Source: Octopus sinensis (Eukaryota). From it: a stretch of DNA of 64,000 nucleotides. The notes beneath the pieces were generated by a model. The model worked only from the letters and a program-made list of their open reading frames with translations, had not been told where the DNA came from and did no database searches. Below are positions 39,887 to 53,218 of this stretch, piece by piece. The stretch spans positions 50,530,001 to 50,594,000 of the forward strand of contig NC_043004.1 in the NCBI RefSeq assembly GCF_006345805.1. The letters run 5' to 3'. Position numbers and translations under genes: made by a program. Positions within the stretch are counted from its first letter, which is position 1. Each line of letters starts with the position of its first letter.

Positions 39887-41029
39887 ATATATACATATTA
39901 TGTATATAAATAGTTATACATTTATATATTTATACACACGCGCACATATAAATACGTAGATACAAATGTAGATGACTGTTGAATGAAAGTGAAACTAATG
40001 AAAAAATTATTGACTGGAGCTATCGAAAGAAACTAAAATATCTTGAAGTAAAGGCTTACATAATCTGTTAAAACTAAGATCAACAGCAGCTAGAATGAGC
40101 TGCGAATTAGCACAGCGGTGGAACTGGTGAATAATTTCGCACCAAATCACAAACTTACAATTTCATAGATCAAGCAATCCTGGAAGGCAACTACAGTGAA
40201 AAATTCCTATAATAATAAAAGCAAAATTCTTTCTGTCCGTCTGGGACCCCTGTATCTCAGTCTATATTTGCTCTACATGGACATATTTTACCATTTTGGA
40301 ATCAGGATGATCGCGGGACTGAAAATCTGCCCTTCATTTGGTTCTTGAACATCTGGCATTGGAATCTGATTTTAAAGTATTTGGGTTGCTATTTCTAGCA
40401 GGTAAAGCTTGGCTGACTAACGCCATCTTGGCAATCACATTTTTGTCAGATGACGTCAGAGATCAAGGGGGAGATAAATGACATTCGCTTCGTTAATTTT
40501 ATGTGGAGATAAGAACTTTGGGACAGATTGGCCAACAGTTGGAATTCAACTTGGGACTGGAACAATAGAATGATTGCATTACAGAATTAATTCTCATCCG
40601 TCCTTAACCTCTGATCAAACATCACCAGGGCATTATAGTCATTATAGGCGTATTATAGTCATGCTATTTAGCACTCTTTAGTTTTGGGCCACAAGTCCAA
40701 TTAGCCTCCGTAGGAGTTAGCTTAAAAGTCTGCACGGAGTACAACTTTTAAGTTAGTATTAAATATATCAGTGCTTACTGGAACAGTGAATCTCGAACTA
40801 CATAAATAATAGCATGTAAATATTGGGTTGAAAAACTCTTTGGGGTAGAAAACGTCGAAGGCTGTCTGTGGATCTGGTTATAGAATTCCTGTCATGTCTA
40901 CAGGAAATGTGAGTTGTGTCCCACGAGCAGCTTTTGAGTTTTTGACTTTTTTCTTCCAAAAGGGATTTTTTTTTCAAACCAATATTCACAAGCTACTATT
41001 TATAGCTTGATGTGCTTCGAGATCCACTA

Positions 41030-41071
<42 letters not shown>

Positions 41072-41099
41072 TGGAAGGAGAATTATTTTGGCTACTTAC

Positions 41100-41173
41100 T
41101 GTTTTGTACATTGTGAAGTGTCAAGTTGTTTCAGAGAGGTAAACGTTAAATGCCCTGTTAAGAGATGTGCCAT
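41100..41173 (-). CDS. ovoA: OvoA coding exon 1 (MAHLLTGHLTFTSLKQLDTSQCTK+CA); exon begins at acceptor 41198 with 25 nt before the ATG
   Basis: ttctctttgcAG acceptor at 41199-41200, ATG at 41173, CA|GTAAGT donor. Phase 2 joins the next exon to give ...QCTKQDIQEYF, which resembles the metazoan OvoA N-terminus. Confidence 0.8.
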
Positions 41174-41278
41174 GACTGGTTCACCTTGAATGCTGAATCT
41201 GCAAAGAGAAAATTGACCATTTCATATATGTAGATCATCACCACCACCACCACCACCACCACCACCACCACCACCGCG

Positions 41279-41334
<56 letters not shown>

Positions 41335-41439
41335 TATCGTCATCATCATCGTCATCATCATCGTCATCACCATCATCATCATCATTGTGCATTTCACTTC
41401 TCAGAGCTCTCGATTTCACTTGCTCCGACTAATTCTAAG

Positions 41440-42240
41440 TAAGAGCAAACAACACCTGTTGTCAATGGTCTCATGGGGGTCTTCTGCAACGATACTTAAC
41501 ATCTAAGTTCCAACCTTTAAAAGCCTCACTTTAAAAAGCAGTTTTCTGAGCATGTTCTACCCACATGTCAATCCCAATTTCCCCAACAAACTCCTTACAC
41601 TTAGTTGTTAATGCTTCTAATACCCCAACAACTATTGCGCTGACAGTTACTTTGATCATTGTCTACATTCGCGTAATCTCATCTTTTAGTGGCTTGTACT
41701 TCTCAGCTTTTTCCAGTTCTTGATCATTCCACTTGCACATTTCCAGGTATGGCAATATCTATGATCTTGGTTTTCTTCTTCATTTTATCAACTACAACAA
41801 TGTCTGGTCTTCGAGCTTCAATCACTGAATCACACATGATTTGTAAAATTCCTCAAGATCTTATACTCACTATTTTCACTATTTTCTGGCTTAGCTCATT
41901 TCAATATCCTTCCAAGATCGTACTCCTCACACAATCTCCAATGAACATACTTAGCTATGTTATCATGCCTCCTTTTGTATTTCTTTTGAGTCAATTTGCT
42001 ACACTCACTCACAATATGTGAGAATTTCATCATCATCATCATCATCATCATCATCGTCGCCATCGTCGTCGTCGTCGTCGTCGTCGTCGTCATTATTATT
42101 ATTATTATATGTTTGACTTTTGCTTTACATTTGCACAAGCTGGCTCCAAGTCTCACCCAGAGACCTCAAGAGACAACAAGTTGGAAGTTCATGTTGGTGT
42201 TATGCCTAGGGTGCCATATATTTGGTTTTGTACACTTCTT
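41440..42240 (-). mobile_element. Two R4/Dong-type 3' fragments (RLE domain remnant 41440-42025; 3' UTR 42093-42240 related to the 3' UTR of the 16609-18806 element)
   Basis: SHIVSECSKLTQKKYKRRHDNIAKYVHWRLC and RRPDIVV; shared ...AAAGCAAAAGTCAAACA-(TAA)n end. Confidence 0.8.
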
Positions 42241-42634
42241 ATACAATATGGTGCCCAGACCTACTCTGGCCTGGAATAGTAGCATCTGTCAATGGAGTCA
42301 TGGTTCAGTTGAAATCATGGGATGCATCATGGTAGATGTGAACCTTTTCGGTAGATGAACTTATTAAAGCCAATGGTGAATATCACTGGATGCTAAGCGG
42401 ATGAACAAAAAGCAAACTGCCAACGATCAGGATTAGCCATTTCAGTTAGTGAGATACTTCTATCATATATAGTCGCGGAATACGTAGATGAAATATTTCA
42501 ACTAGCGAAAGACCAATGTGTCTAAAACCCAAGCCAGTCGTTCATGCTGCATCACTCGATCGGGACGTCTGATGTGGAGGAGGTGCATTAGTCCAGGCAA
42601 GTCGCCCAACCGATGATGATTTTTTTCTTTAAAA

Positions 42635-43483
42635 CCCCTTAATGGATCAATTACTTTGACATGGCATTTCATTTCAGAGCATATTATTTTATTTCTTTTT
42701 TTAATTATATACACTGTGTTAATTACAAAGAAAATATTTTTTTATCATGTTTCGTTTTATTTTTTATTATAGAAATTAAAATGTACTTTTACTCATTTGG
42801 ATTTAAACGAGTTAACTCGGACATTGAAAAAATACATATAACTTAACTATCTTCGATTTTTTACAAAATGTATTGCTTTTAAATCAAAGGAAAATTCTTT
42901 TTAATGAGATAGTTTATTTAGAATGATAATTTTTAAAACAAGGAGTTACACACAAAGTTATCTTGCGGACATCACACATGTATCTGCTTTCTCTTTGAAT
43001 CTTCTTTCCTTTAGCGTCTCTCTTCTCAGCGCATTTTGCATACTGTCTTGTGGGGTTCTTTTTCTTATCTCTTGGTGGTATTTCCATGGGAAAGTGACCA
43101 GCTGGGGTAAATCTTGTTGGATGTAGGATCGATGATGGTCTTCCTGGTTTGGTGGGGGTAATAAGGGCCTATATTTTTCAATAATCTTGTTGATTATTTT
43201 CATTCTAAATTTCAGCGGTTTCATAGCAGAAGCTGAAGTTTCCAAAGATGCTTTATACAAAACATAAGCATTCCAGATAGCCAAATCCATCAAATGAAAA
43301 AAATACTTATTTTTTTAAAACAACGCGAGTAAATTCGTGATTGCTCAAAAATGAAACGACACAAAACAAATAAATTCGTTTGAGTACTAAAATTAAAAGT
43401 TAATTTTGACCGAGTATACTCGTCTGGTTCTAAAAAAATACATGTGCGATGTATGAGTAAACTCGGGATAATCCATTAAGGGG
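42635..43483 (-). mobile_element. piggyBac deletion derivative
   Basis: TIR CCCCTTAATGGAT at both ends, TTAA at the right flank (left flank AAAA, TTAA 2 nt further out); transposase C-terminal remnant MDLAIWNAYVLY..LKFRMKII. Confidence 0.85.
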
Positions 43484-44107
43484 TTAAACGCATCTTGCTG
43501 TTGTCTTGTTGATATTTTCTTCCTGAAAGGCGGCGATTTAGCTGTTTCATTATCACGCCCGACAAACTGCTTAATACCATTTCGGCAGTGAGTTGGCAGA
43601 ATCGTTAGCACGCAGGTAAAATACTTAGCGGCACTTCGTTCGTCTTAACATTCAGAGTTCAAATTTCGTCGAGGTTGACTTTACCTTTCATCCTTTCGGG
43701 GGTCGATAAAAATAAGTACTAGCAGGACCGTGGAGGTGCACCAGGTGATGCTGTAGAAACTCGCATGAAACCACAGAAGAAAAACTTTTCAAAATAATGA
43801 TAACCGTTTCTGCTATAGGCACAAAGCCTGAAATTCTCATAATTATAATAATTCTTTTTCCAATAGGCACAAGACCTGAGATTTTGTGGGAGGGTTCTAG
43901 TCGATTACATCGATCTCAGTGATCAACTGGCTCTAGTCGATTACATCGATCCCAATGATCAACTGGTGCTTATTTCGTCCACCTCGAAATTATGAAAAGC
44001 AAAGTCAATGTCGACGGAATTTGAACTCAGAACGTAAAGTCGGAAGAAAAGCGCTAAGTATTTTGTCCGGTGTGTTAACGATTCTGCCATCTTACCGCCT
44101 TTTTGGC

Positions 44108-44171
<64 letters not shown>

Positions 44172-44475
44172 GCACAAAAACGGAAATTAGGAGCATGCTT
44201 GATTGAACTAATCCTCCAGAAAGCTATAAATCAAATCCATAAGGATGAAAAGCGTACTCAGCCGGTACCGATGGGATTAGATTTAGGACCGTAAGCTGAC
44301 GTCCGTTAACTACTGCAACTCATCCAATTCGGCGATCAAGTTTTCTTGTTACTCTAATAACTTTTGTTTGTTGTTTTCAACAGACACCCGTATTTGTTTT
44401 CAATCTCTCTGGATTAATATTGTAACATGGTTCGAAGAAGGCTGTTTTATGTTTATGAACATATGCAGTTAATAG

Positions 44476-44866
44476 TGGAGGCGCAATGGCCCAGTGGTTA
44501 GGGCAGCGGACTCGCGGTCGTAGGATCGCGGTTTCGATTCCCAGACCGGGCGTTGTGAGTGTTTATTGAGCGAAAACACCTAAAAGCTCCACGAGGCTCC
44601 GGCAGGGGATGGTGGTGATCTCTGCTGTACTCTTTCACCACAACTTTCTTTCACTCTTACTTCCTGTTTCTGTTGTACCTGTATTTCAAAGGGCCGGCCT
44701 TGTCACTCTCTGTGTCATGCTGAATATCCCCGAGAACTACGTTAAGGGTACACGTGTCTGTGGAGTGCTCAGCCACTTACACGTTAATTTCACGAGCAGG
44801 CTGTTCCGTTGATCGGATCAACCGGAACCCTCATCGTCGTAACCGATGGAGTGCTTCCATCCATCC
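44476..44866 (+). mobile_element. tRNA-derived SINE family C. Further copies: 48010-48402+, 10503-10813-; 3' fragment ~57300-57492
   Basis: Head GGAGGCGCAATGGCCCAGTGGTTAGG..GTTTCGATTCC; TSDs ATGCAGTTAAT here and GATTAATCTACTTTA around the 10.5-kb copy. Confidence 0.9.
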
Positions 44867-45860
44867 ATGCAGTTAATGGAAACATTCAAATGAAACAGCG
44901 ATTATGACATGCGCAGAAAGTCTTTGTTAGAAATTCAACATTCCGGCTAATTTTTACACATCAAATACATGTTCTTGTGGCCGTGGTGCTTTCTTCTATC
45001 GTGCCAGGTTAAATATGTAGCCGTGAAAACAGTTATAGGTTAAGAATGAACGTCACCAAGAACCGGATCACTCTGACGTTTCCGCGCTCAAATGTACTGT
45101 ATTTGTAGGCTTTGTTCACGGAAGGTTCTAGTCATGCTACCAGACTATTATATGAGAATCGTTAGCGCGCCGGGCGAAATGCTTAGCGGTATTTCGTCTG
45201 TCGTTACGTTCTGAGTTCAAATTCCGCCGAGGACAACTTTGCCTTTCATCCTTTCGGGGTCGATAAATAAAGTACCAGTTTGCACAGGGGGCGATATAAT
45301 CGACTCAGTCCCTTCGTCTGTCCTTGTTTGTCCCCTCTGTGTTTAGCCCCTTGTGGGCAGGAAAGAAATATATATGAGCAACAGCAGTTGATTAGACGGA
45401 ACGTGAGGTCGAATCCAACTGTTACATTATAATATACCTCGAAACTCTTCAACGTATCATATGTCTATATATGTCATATATCATTTAAACTGTTTGGCCT
45501 CTTTTGCTCTTTGTGTCAGCTTGTTCCTTCTATATGCCACCGGATGAAAGGGAGAGACAATGGAAGATTGACAGACAGCTGTGATTCTTTTTTATTGTTG
45601 TTCTTGATGATGTTGTTAACTTGTTTTTGTCATAGTTGTTGTTGTTGTTGCTGCTGCTGCTGACACTGTTGTTCTTGATATTGTAACATAGGCGCAGGAG
45701 TGGCTGTGTGGTAAGTAGCTTGTTTACCAACCACATGGTTCCGGGTTCAGTCCCACTGCGTGGCACCTTGGGCAAGTGTCTTCTACTATAGCCTCCGGCC
45801 GACCAAAGCCTTGTGAGTGGATTTGTTAGACGGAAACTGAAAGAAGCCCGTCGTATATAT

Positions 45861-45898
<38 letters not shown>

Positions 45899-46784
45899 TT
45901 GTGTGTGTGTTTGTCCTCCTAGCATTGCTTGACAACCGATGCTGGTGTGTTTACGTCCCCGTCATTAGCGGTTCAGCAAAAAGAGACCGATAGAATAAGT
46001 ACTGGGCTTACAAAGAATAAGTCCCGGGGTCGAGTTGCTCGATTAAAGGCGGTGCTCCAGCATGGCCGCACTCAAATGACTGAAACAAGTAAAAGAGTAA
46101 AAAGAGTATTGTTGTTCCTGCTGTTGTTGTTGCTGATTTTGTAATTGTTGTTGATGTCGTTGTTTCTCCTGTTGTTGATATTGTCCTTGCTGCTGCTACT
46201 GTTGTTGCTGTTGTTGTTGTTGTTCTTCTTCTTCTTCTTATTTCTTTATTGCCCACAAGGGGCTAAATATAGAGGGAACAAACAAGGACAGACAAAGGGA
46301 TTAAGTCGATTACATCGACCCCAGTGCATAACTGGCACTTAATCTATCGACCCCCGAAGGGATGAAAGGCAAAGTCGACCTCGGCGGAATTTGAACTCAG
46401 AACGTAGCGGCAGACACAATACTGCTAAGCGTTTCGCCCGGCGTGCTAACGTTTCTGCCAGCTCGCCGCCTTATTCATGTTCTTCTTGTTCCTGCTGTTG
46501 TTGATATTGTTACTACTGTTGCCCTTATTGTTGATACAGTTGTCATTGTTGTTCTTATTGTTTCTAATAATGTTTTTTTGTTGTTGCTTTCGTTGTAATT
46601 GTTTGTTTTCATTGTTTTCCCTTATCGTTGTAGTGAATATGAATATTGCCACTATTATTGCTGCTGCTGTTGCGGTTAATATTTCTATTGTTGTCCAGCT
46701 GCAGTTGTTCTCAACAAGGAGGAAGCTAATCTAATCTTCAATCTGCAGCAACTTCCATTTACTTACCCACCCACCCTCACTTAC

Positions 46785-46969
46785 TCCAATTGTCCTCAAG
46801 TATTTCATTTACAATTATTCGTGTACGACTGTGCAGCGATATTGACGGGTCGCTCCTTGCCAACGCTGTTACGTTGAGCTGATGGTCAACATATCTGACT
46901 TCCGCCGGCTCAGAATGTCCAAACCGCTTTAAGTTACGATGAAATGATGCAGCGACGGTGACTTTGGCT
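46785..46969 (-). other. Candidate internal 5'-UTR exon (185 nt)
   Basis: tcattttttAG acceptor (46970-46971), GGA|GTAAGT donor, second GTAAGT donor 18 nt further on; unique sequence between microsatellites. Confidence 0.45.
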
Positions 46970-46980
46970 CTAAAAAATGA

Positions 46981-47041
<61 letters not shown>

Positions 47042-47180
47042 TGTGTGTGTGTATATGCGTGTGTGAAAGAGAGACAGAGACAGAGAAAGAGAGAGAGAGA
47101 GTGCGAGGGTGTATTTGTGTGTGTCTCTGTGTATGAGTGTCTGTGTGTGAGTGTGTGTGTGTGTGTGAGGGTGGGTGTGA

Positions 47181-47242
<62 letters not shown>

Positions 47243-47561
47243 ATGTGTGTTTGTGTGTGAGTGTGAGTGCGCGCGTGCGTGCGAGCAAGTTATGCTATTG
47301 TGAATAGGTACTGTACGGAAGTGCTACCCGTCTAGATGTAAACAAGTGTCAGATCGCGATGTAAATTTGTGATGTAAAATCCTCTTAGCAATAAGTAAGT
47401 AAGTAAGCCCCATTTGGAAGTGCAGTCCGTTTAGTAATAAGTAGGGAACAAGTGGAAGAACTGTTCACCTTGCTAGAAATTACACTTTCAACTTGGAAGT
47501 GTAACAGTTATCAGGTAGAGCTGGAGTCTACCTGGTTTTAATTAGTTACCATGCACAAATA

Positions 47562-47878
47562 CAGTGGAAACCCGGTTTATGAACTCTTCATCATGAACAA
47601 ATCATGTTACGAACAATTTTTCTAATACAAAACGTTTCGGGTGACGAACGGTGTCTTGTGTAACGAACTCGCAAGTCGGTAGCAACGGGTGGTGATAAGC
47701 TGGGAATAGTGGAAGGGTGTCAGTTGCTATCTAGCTCTCGCTCAGTACATATCACTGATAGAATTCACTCTGCTTTCTCTTGAATTTCCAATGGGAACGA
47801 ACAGTTTCGGTTTACGAACATTTCGGGTGACGAATGGCCTTCAGGAACGAATTAAATTCGCGAACATAGGTTCTACTT
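47562..47878. mobile_element. Tigger/pogo-like MITE
   Basis: TA|CAGTGGAAACCCGGTTTATGAA ... TTCGCGAACATAGGTTCTACTT|TA with internal repeated ACGAAC motifs. Confidence 0.7.
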
Positions 47879-49199
47879 TACACTCAACCTAGCATGAAAT
47901 AATTACTAAGCAGCTTACTTTTCCTGTGGAGGTACAATCTACGTAGTTTCAATAGTTGCCGTTTAACTCTACATGGCAACTTTTTGAAGCTACGTACATT
48001 GTACCTTTGGTGGAGGCGCAATGGCCCAGTGGTTAGGGCAGCGGACTCGCGGTCGTAGGATCGCGGTTTCGATTCCCAGACCGGGCGTTGTGAGTGTTTA
48101 TTGAGCGAAAACACCTAAAAGCTCCACGAGGCTCTGGCAGGGATGGTGGTGATCCCTGCTGTACTCTTTCACCACAACTTTCTTTCACTCTTACTTCCTG
48201 TTTCTGTTGTACCTGTATTTCAAAGGGCCGGCCTTGTCACTCTCTGTGTCACGCTGAATATCCCCGAGAACTACGTTAAGGGTACACGTGTCTGTGGAGT
48301 GCTCAGCCACTTACACGTTAATTTCACGAGCAGGCTGTTCCGTTGATCGGATCAACCGGAACCCTCGTCGTCGTAACCGATGGAGTGCTTCCATTCCATT
48401 CCACATTGTATCTTTATATTGTAACTATTTGAAGCTAGAAGTGTCATATCTATATGATATCTCTCTAATACTTTGAATGTATATATCCGCTCAATTATTT
48501 ATTTTTTCACAACCATCGGAGCGCGAAGCGCTCCTCACGAACGCACGTTCGTAAGATGGTTGTAATCTGTAAACAGTTTTGAGTAAGAAACGGAAAGAAA
48601 AGTATGAACACGCAATGCGCATGTGAATTCGTAAAACGGAAGAGAAGAATAAAACGCAATGTCAAACTAGTTGTATGATGGTTTACATGCCTTTCTTGTT
48701 ACCTTTAACTGCAGAGAGCGGTTTTACTCAACGGCTTGGAGAAAAAGATATTTTGTTGCGAGAAGCGGAGACGCCGCCTCGCGACGCTTACTTTTTTTTT
48801 CTACAAAAGGCAATTTTTCAGAGTTTATTAATTATTTTTTACATATTTTTTCTCAAATAGGTGCAGGTGTGGCTGTGCGGTAACAAGTTTGTTTCCCAAC
48901 CACATGGTTCTTGGTTCGGTCCGACTGTGCGACACTTAGGGCAAGCGTCTTCTACTATAGCCTCGGATCGACCAAAGTCTTGTGAATAGATTTGGGAGAT
49001 GGAAACTGAAACAAGCTCGTAGTATATATATACATAGGCGCAGGAGTGGCTTTGTGGTAAGTAGCTTGCTTACCAACCACATGGTTCAGGGTTCAGTCCC
49101 ACTGCGTGGCACCTTGGGCAAGTGTCTTCTACTATAGCCTCCGGCTGACCAAAGCCTTGTGAGTGGATATAGTAGACGGAAACTGAAAGAAGCCCGTCG

Positions 49200-49244
<45 letters not shown>

Positions 49245-49661
49245 GTGTGTGTGTGTGTGCGTGTGTGTTTGTGTGTCTGTGTTTGTCCCCCTAGCATTGC
49301 TTGACAACCGATGCTGGTGTGTTTACGTCCCCGTCACCTAGTGGTTCGGCAAAAGAGGCCGATAGAATAAGTACTGGGCTTACAAAAAATAAGTCCCGGG
49401 GTCGATTAACTCAACTAAAGGCGGTACTCCAGCATGGCCGCAGTCAAATGACTGAAACAAGTAAAAGAGTGAAAGAGTAAAAGAGATATATATGCATGTA
49501 TGTATCTAAATGAGTGTCTCCTTGTGTTTGTGTTTGTACCCCACCACCACTTGGCATCCAGTATTGATGTATTTATGTACCCGTAACTTAACGGTTCGGC
49601 AAAAGTGAACGGCAGAATAAGTACCAGGCTTTAAAAAATAAATACTAGGGCGCGCGCGCAC

Positions 49662-49703
<42 letters not shown>

Positions 49704-50241
49704 GCGGGAATAATCTCAGGTATTAAAGAATTCCCCAAAGTTGACATACCATTACGGCTTATTGTCTGGAGATAAGAAAACAATTAAGGACACGTTTTTC
49801 TGCCTCAGTGGACGTCATTAGCAAGGCATACATACATACATACATACATACATACATACATACATACGTACGTACATACATACATACATACGTACATACA
49901 TACATACATACGTACATACGTACATACATACATACATACATACATACATACATACATACATACATACATACATACATACATACATGGCGGAAATTGACTC
50001 GTAGCCGAGTAAGACCACTTGGTTTCCTTCTTCTTGAGAATGTCTCATACGGCTCCTAACACATGTAGATGTTACAAGCCATTAGGTACCTCTACCACTA
50101 ACCCAACTAACTAGATGTTGAGACCTATAATGCCGAGTAAGTTCACTGGCCGACTCACACACTCTGCTACATATACATACATACATACATACATACATAC
50201 ATACATACATACATACATACATACATACATACATACATACA

Positions 50242-50272
<31 letters not shown>

Positions 50273-50530
50273 CGGTGGCATAACCATGACTTTTTACACA
50301 TTCCATATACAAATTATGGACATTACAATTATTCCATAATTCCGAGATTCCAGAAACAACTGTCGAGTTAAAAATGCTATGCATTCTCTCCTTAGTATTT
50401 TGTACTGTTTATGCTCTTTGTAAATTTATCTCTTTCCATATATATATACCTATATGTGCTTATGTGTTTATCTTACAAATATATTTAGTTATATATATGT
50501 ATATATATATATATGTATATATATATAATA

Positions 50531-50667
<137 letters not shown>

Positions 50668-50905
50668 TGTATATATATATATATATATATAATACAAAAT
50701 AAGAAAATGGAGAAATACATCCAAATCAAATATCAACTACCAGATAATACCCAATCACATACTTTATTAAACCACCACATAAGAAACTTTAAGGTCAAAC
50801 ATAATAATATAGGACAAAGCATAACTCTGTTGGGTACTTCACTAGCAGTATATTGGATATATGTTATCCCACGGAGGGTTGCATTTACAACCCCTATCTC
50901 AATTT

Positions 50906-50943
<38 letters not shown>

Positions 50944-51004
50944 AGAATTTTTTGCGTAATGAGATAAAACAAACCAAGGCTGTGTAGATAGAACATTTAT
51001 AGAT

Positions 51005-51222
51005 AGAAGGTCTTACAGCTGTTACCAGGGTATTTATTAATTATATCCCTTCATCAGAGACGGTGTGAGAGGATGGTTAAGTAATAGTTAATTTAGATAG
51101 GATACCTCACTCTCTATTTTGTATCCTATATAAAATTAACTATTACTTAAGCATCCTCTCACACCGTCTCCGATGTAGGGATATAATTAATAAATACCCT
51201 GGAAACAGCTGTAAGACCTTCT
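51005..51222. repeat. ~100-bp-arm inverted repeat carrying two degenerate minimal hammerheads (Penelope-type inverted terminal repeat)
   Basis: Arms 51005-51105 and 51121-51222; consensus GUCU-CUGAUGA-AGGG..CCCU-G-GAAA-CAGCUG-UA-AGAC. Confidence 0.7.
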
Positions 51223-51393
51223 GTTCTAATATCTACACACCCTTCTTATATACACACGCTGACATATGACCAACGTTGAACCCTTTATTCGCAAAATCAC
51301 CGAACCTGGAACTTAACTATGGTCTGTCTGTAGCACTTATTCAGCATTACCTGACACCTTTGGGTCTCAATGACACCATTACTTCTTATAACC

Positions 51394-51503
<110 letters not shown>

Positions 51504-51505
51504 AA

Positions 51506-51752
51506 GAAAAAACAGGATGCAAAGGATTTAGCGGTACATATGTTTCTGGCTTTATTGGACAGTTTATATCAATGCATAATTGATGTAATATGTATCTCAA
51601 TAGCCTTCTTCAGCCGCGCACAATTGGTGTGGTAATTGTGCTCGTCTGAAGAAGGCTATTGACATACATGTTACATCAATTATGCATTGATATAAACTGT
51701 CCAATAAAGCCAGAAACATATGTACCGCTAAGTCCTTTGCATCGTGTTTTTC
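51506..51752. repeat. ~120-bp-arm inverted repeat with a hammerhead motif on each arm
   Basis: Minus copy 51531-51617: GCGG-CUGAAGA-stem II-GAAA-CAUAUG-UA-CCGC; plus copy core at 51646-51652. Confidence 0.7.
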
Positions 51753-51838
51753 TTTTGATAAATATACCCTATCACCTACACCACTAACTGGCATATACAG
51801 GTGCTTACAGTTATCAAGTATTCACCCTGAATTTTTTG

Positions 51839-51869
<31 letters not shown>

Positions 51870-51886
51870 CATACATACATATATAA

Positions 51887-51960
<74 letters not shown>

Positions 51961-52082
51961 TCACAATCAAGGAACGGCCATAATAGGCCATTCACCCACT
52001 AGAAATAACAGCCAAAGCTTCAACCGCAAAATAACATTAATTCCGCAAACCAGGAGAAAATTAAAAAAACGTTTACCCTGTA

Positions 52083-52189
52083 ATTTCTTATACGATGCAC
52101 CGTTTCATCTACTGTTTAATGGTAAACTAACCTGATTAAATTAAATCAAGCCAATCTTCCATAGGCCCTTAGATTCGTCAGTAAGAAAT
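52083..52189 (-). ncRNA. Hammerhead ribozyme motif, copy 1
   Basis: AUUUCUUA-CUGACGA-AUCUA..68-nt stem II..UAGAU-GAAA-CGGUGCAUCG-UA^UAAGAAAU; 8-bp stem I. Confidence 0.85.
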
Positions 52190-52572
52190 AGCCAGATCGG
52201 AACAGATATTTTCACGAGGCACTTCTGTCCCTGCCTCGGCAATATCTGACCTAAAATTTTCAAATCATCGCACTCGCGCCAAATTTATCGGTAGCAAATA
52301 AATATAAGCCGCCGATTCCATTACGGAATCAACCAGAAAATTCATAATTAATCAATATAGGGTGGCAAAAAAAATTTTGTAGAATTTCTTTGTCACCAGC
52401 GGCCTAGTGGGAAAAAATTAAATAGTCATAGACCATTTATAAGTTCAACATCACAATCAAGGAACGGCCATAATAGGCCATTCACCCACTAGAAATAACA
52501 GCCAAAGCTTCAACCGCAAAATAACATTAATTCCGCAAACCAGGAGAAAATTAAAAAAACGTTTACCCTGTA

Positions 52573-52679
52573 ATTTCTTATACGATGCACCGTTTCATCT
52601 ACTGTTTAATGGTAAACTAACCTGATTAAATTAAATCAAGCCAATCTTCCATAGGCCCTTAGATTCGTCAGTAAGAAAT
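52573..52679 (-). ncRNA. Hammerhead ribozyme motif, copy 2 (490 nt from copy 1)
   Basis: Identical to 52083-52189. Confidence 0.85.
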
Positions 52680-52829
52680 AGCCAGATCGGAACAGATATT
52701 TTCACGGCGGCTTATATTTATTTGCTGCCGATAAATTTGGCGCGAGTGCGATGATTTGAAAATTTTAGGTCAGATATTGCCGAGGCAGGGACAGAAGTGC
52801 CTCGTGAAAATATCTGTTCCGATCTGGCT

Positions 52830-52936
52830 ATTTCTTACTGACGAATCTAAGGGCCTATGGAAGATTGGCTTGATTTAATTTAATCAGGTTAGTTTACCAT
52901 TAAACAGTAGATGAAACGGTGCATCGTATAAGAAAT
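52830..52936 (+). ncRNA. Hammerhead ribozyme motif, copy 3 (inverted arm)
   Basis: CTGACGA 52838-52844, GAAA 52913-52916, GUA cleavage triplet ending 52928, stem I 52830-52837/52929-52936. Confidence 0.85.
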
Positions 52937-53164
52937 TACAGGGTAAACGTTTTTTTTAATTTTCTCCTGGTTTGCGGAATTAATGTTATTTTGCGGTTGA
53001 AGCTTTGGCTGTTATTTCTAGTGGGTGAATGGCCTATTATGGCCGTTCCTTGATTGTGATGTTGAACTTATAAATGGTCTATGACTATTTAATTTTTTCC
53101 CACTAGGCCGCTGGTGACAAAGAAATTCTACAAAATTTTTTTTTGCCACCCTATATTGATTAAT

Positions 53165-53215
<51 letters not shown>

Positions 53216-53218
<3 letters not shown>

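Larger units (their letters stand above)
51959..53167. mobile_element. Non-coding retrozyme-like / non-autonomous Penelope-type element: 490-bp unit x ~1.5 plus an inverted, circularly permuted copy, in a (TA)n tract
   Basis: Direct repeat with 490-bp period (51959/52449), inversion junction at 52705 with CG microhomology, three hammerheads, no ORF of 60 aa or more contained within it. Confidence 0.75.

Noticed and set aside
44476-44550. tRNA-like sequences at SINE heads
   Set aside because: They continue into SINE bodies with TSDs and occur as dispersed copies; not called as tRNA genes
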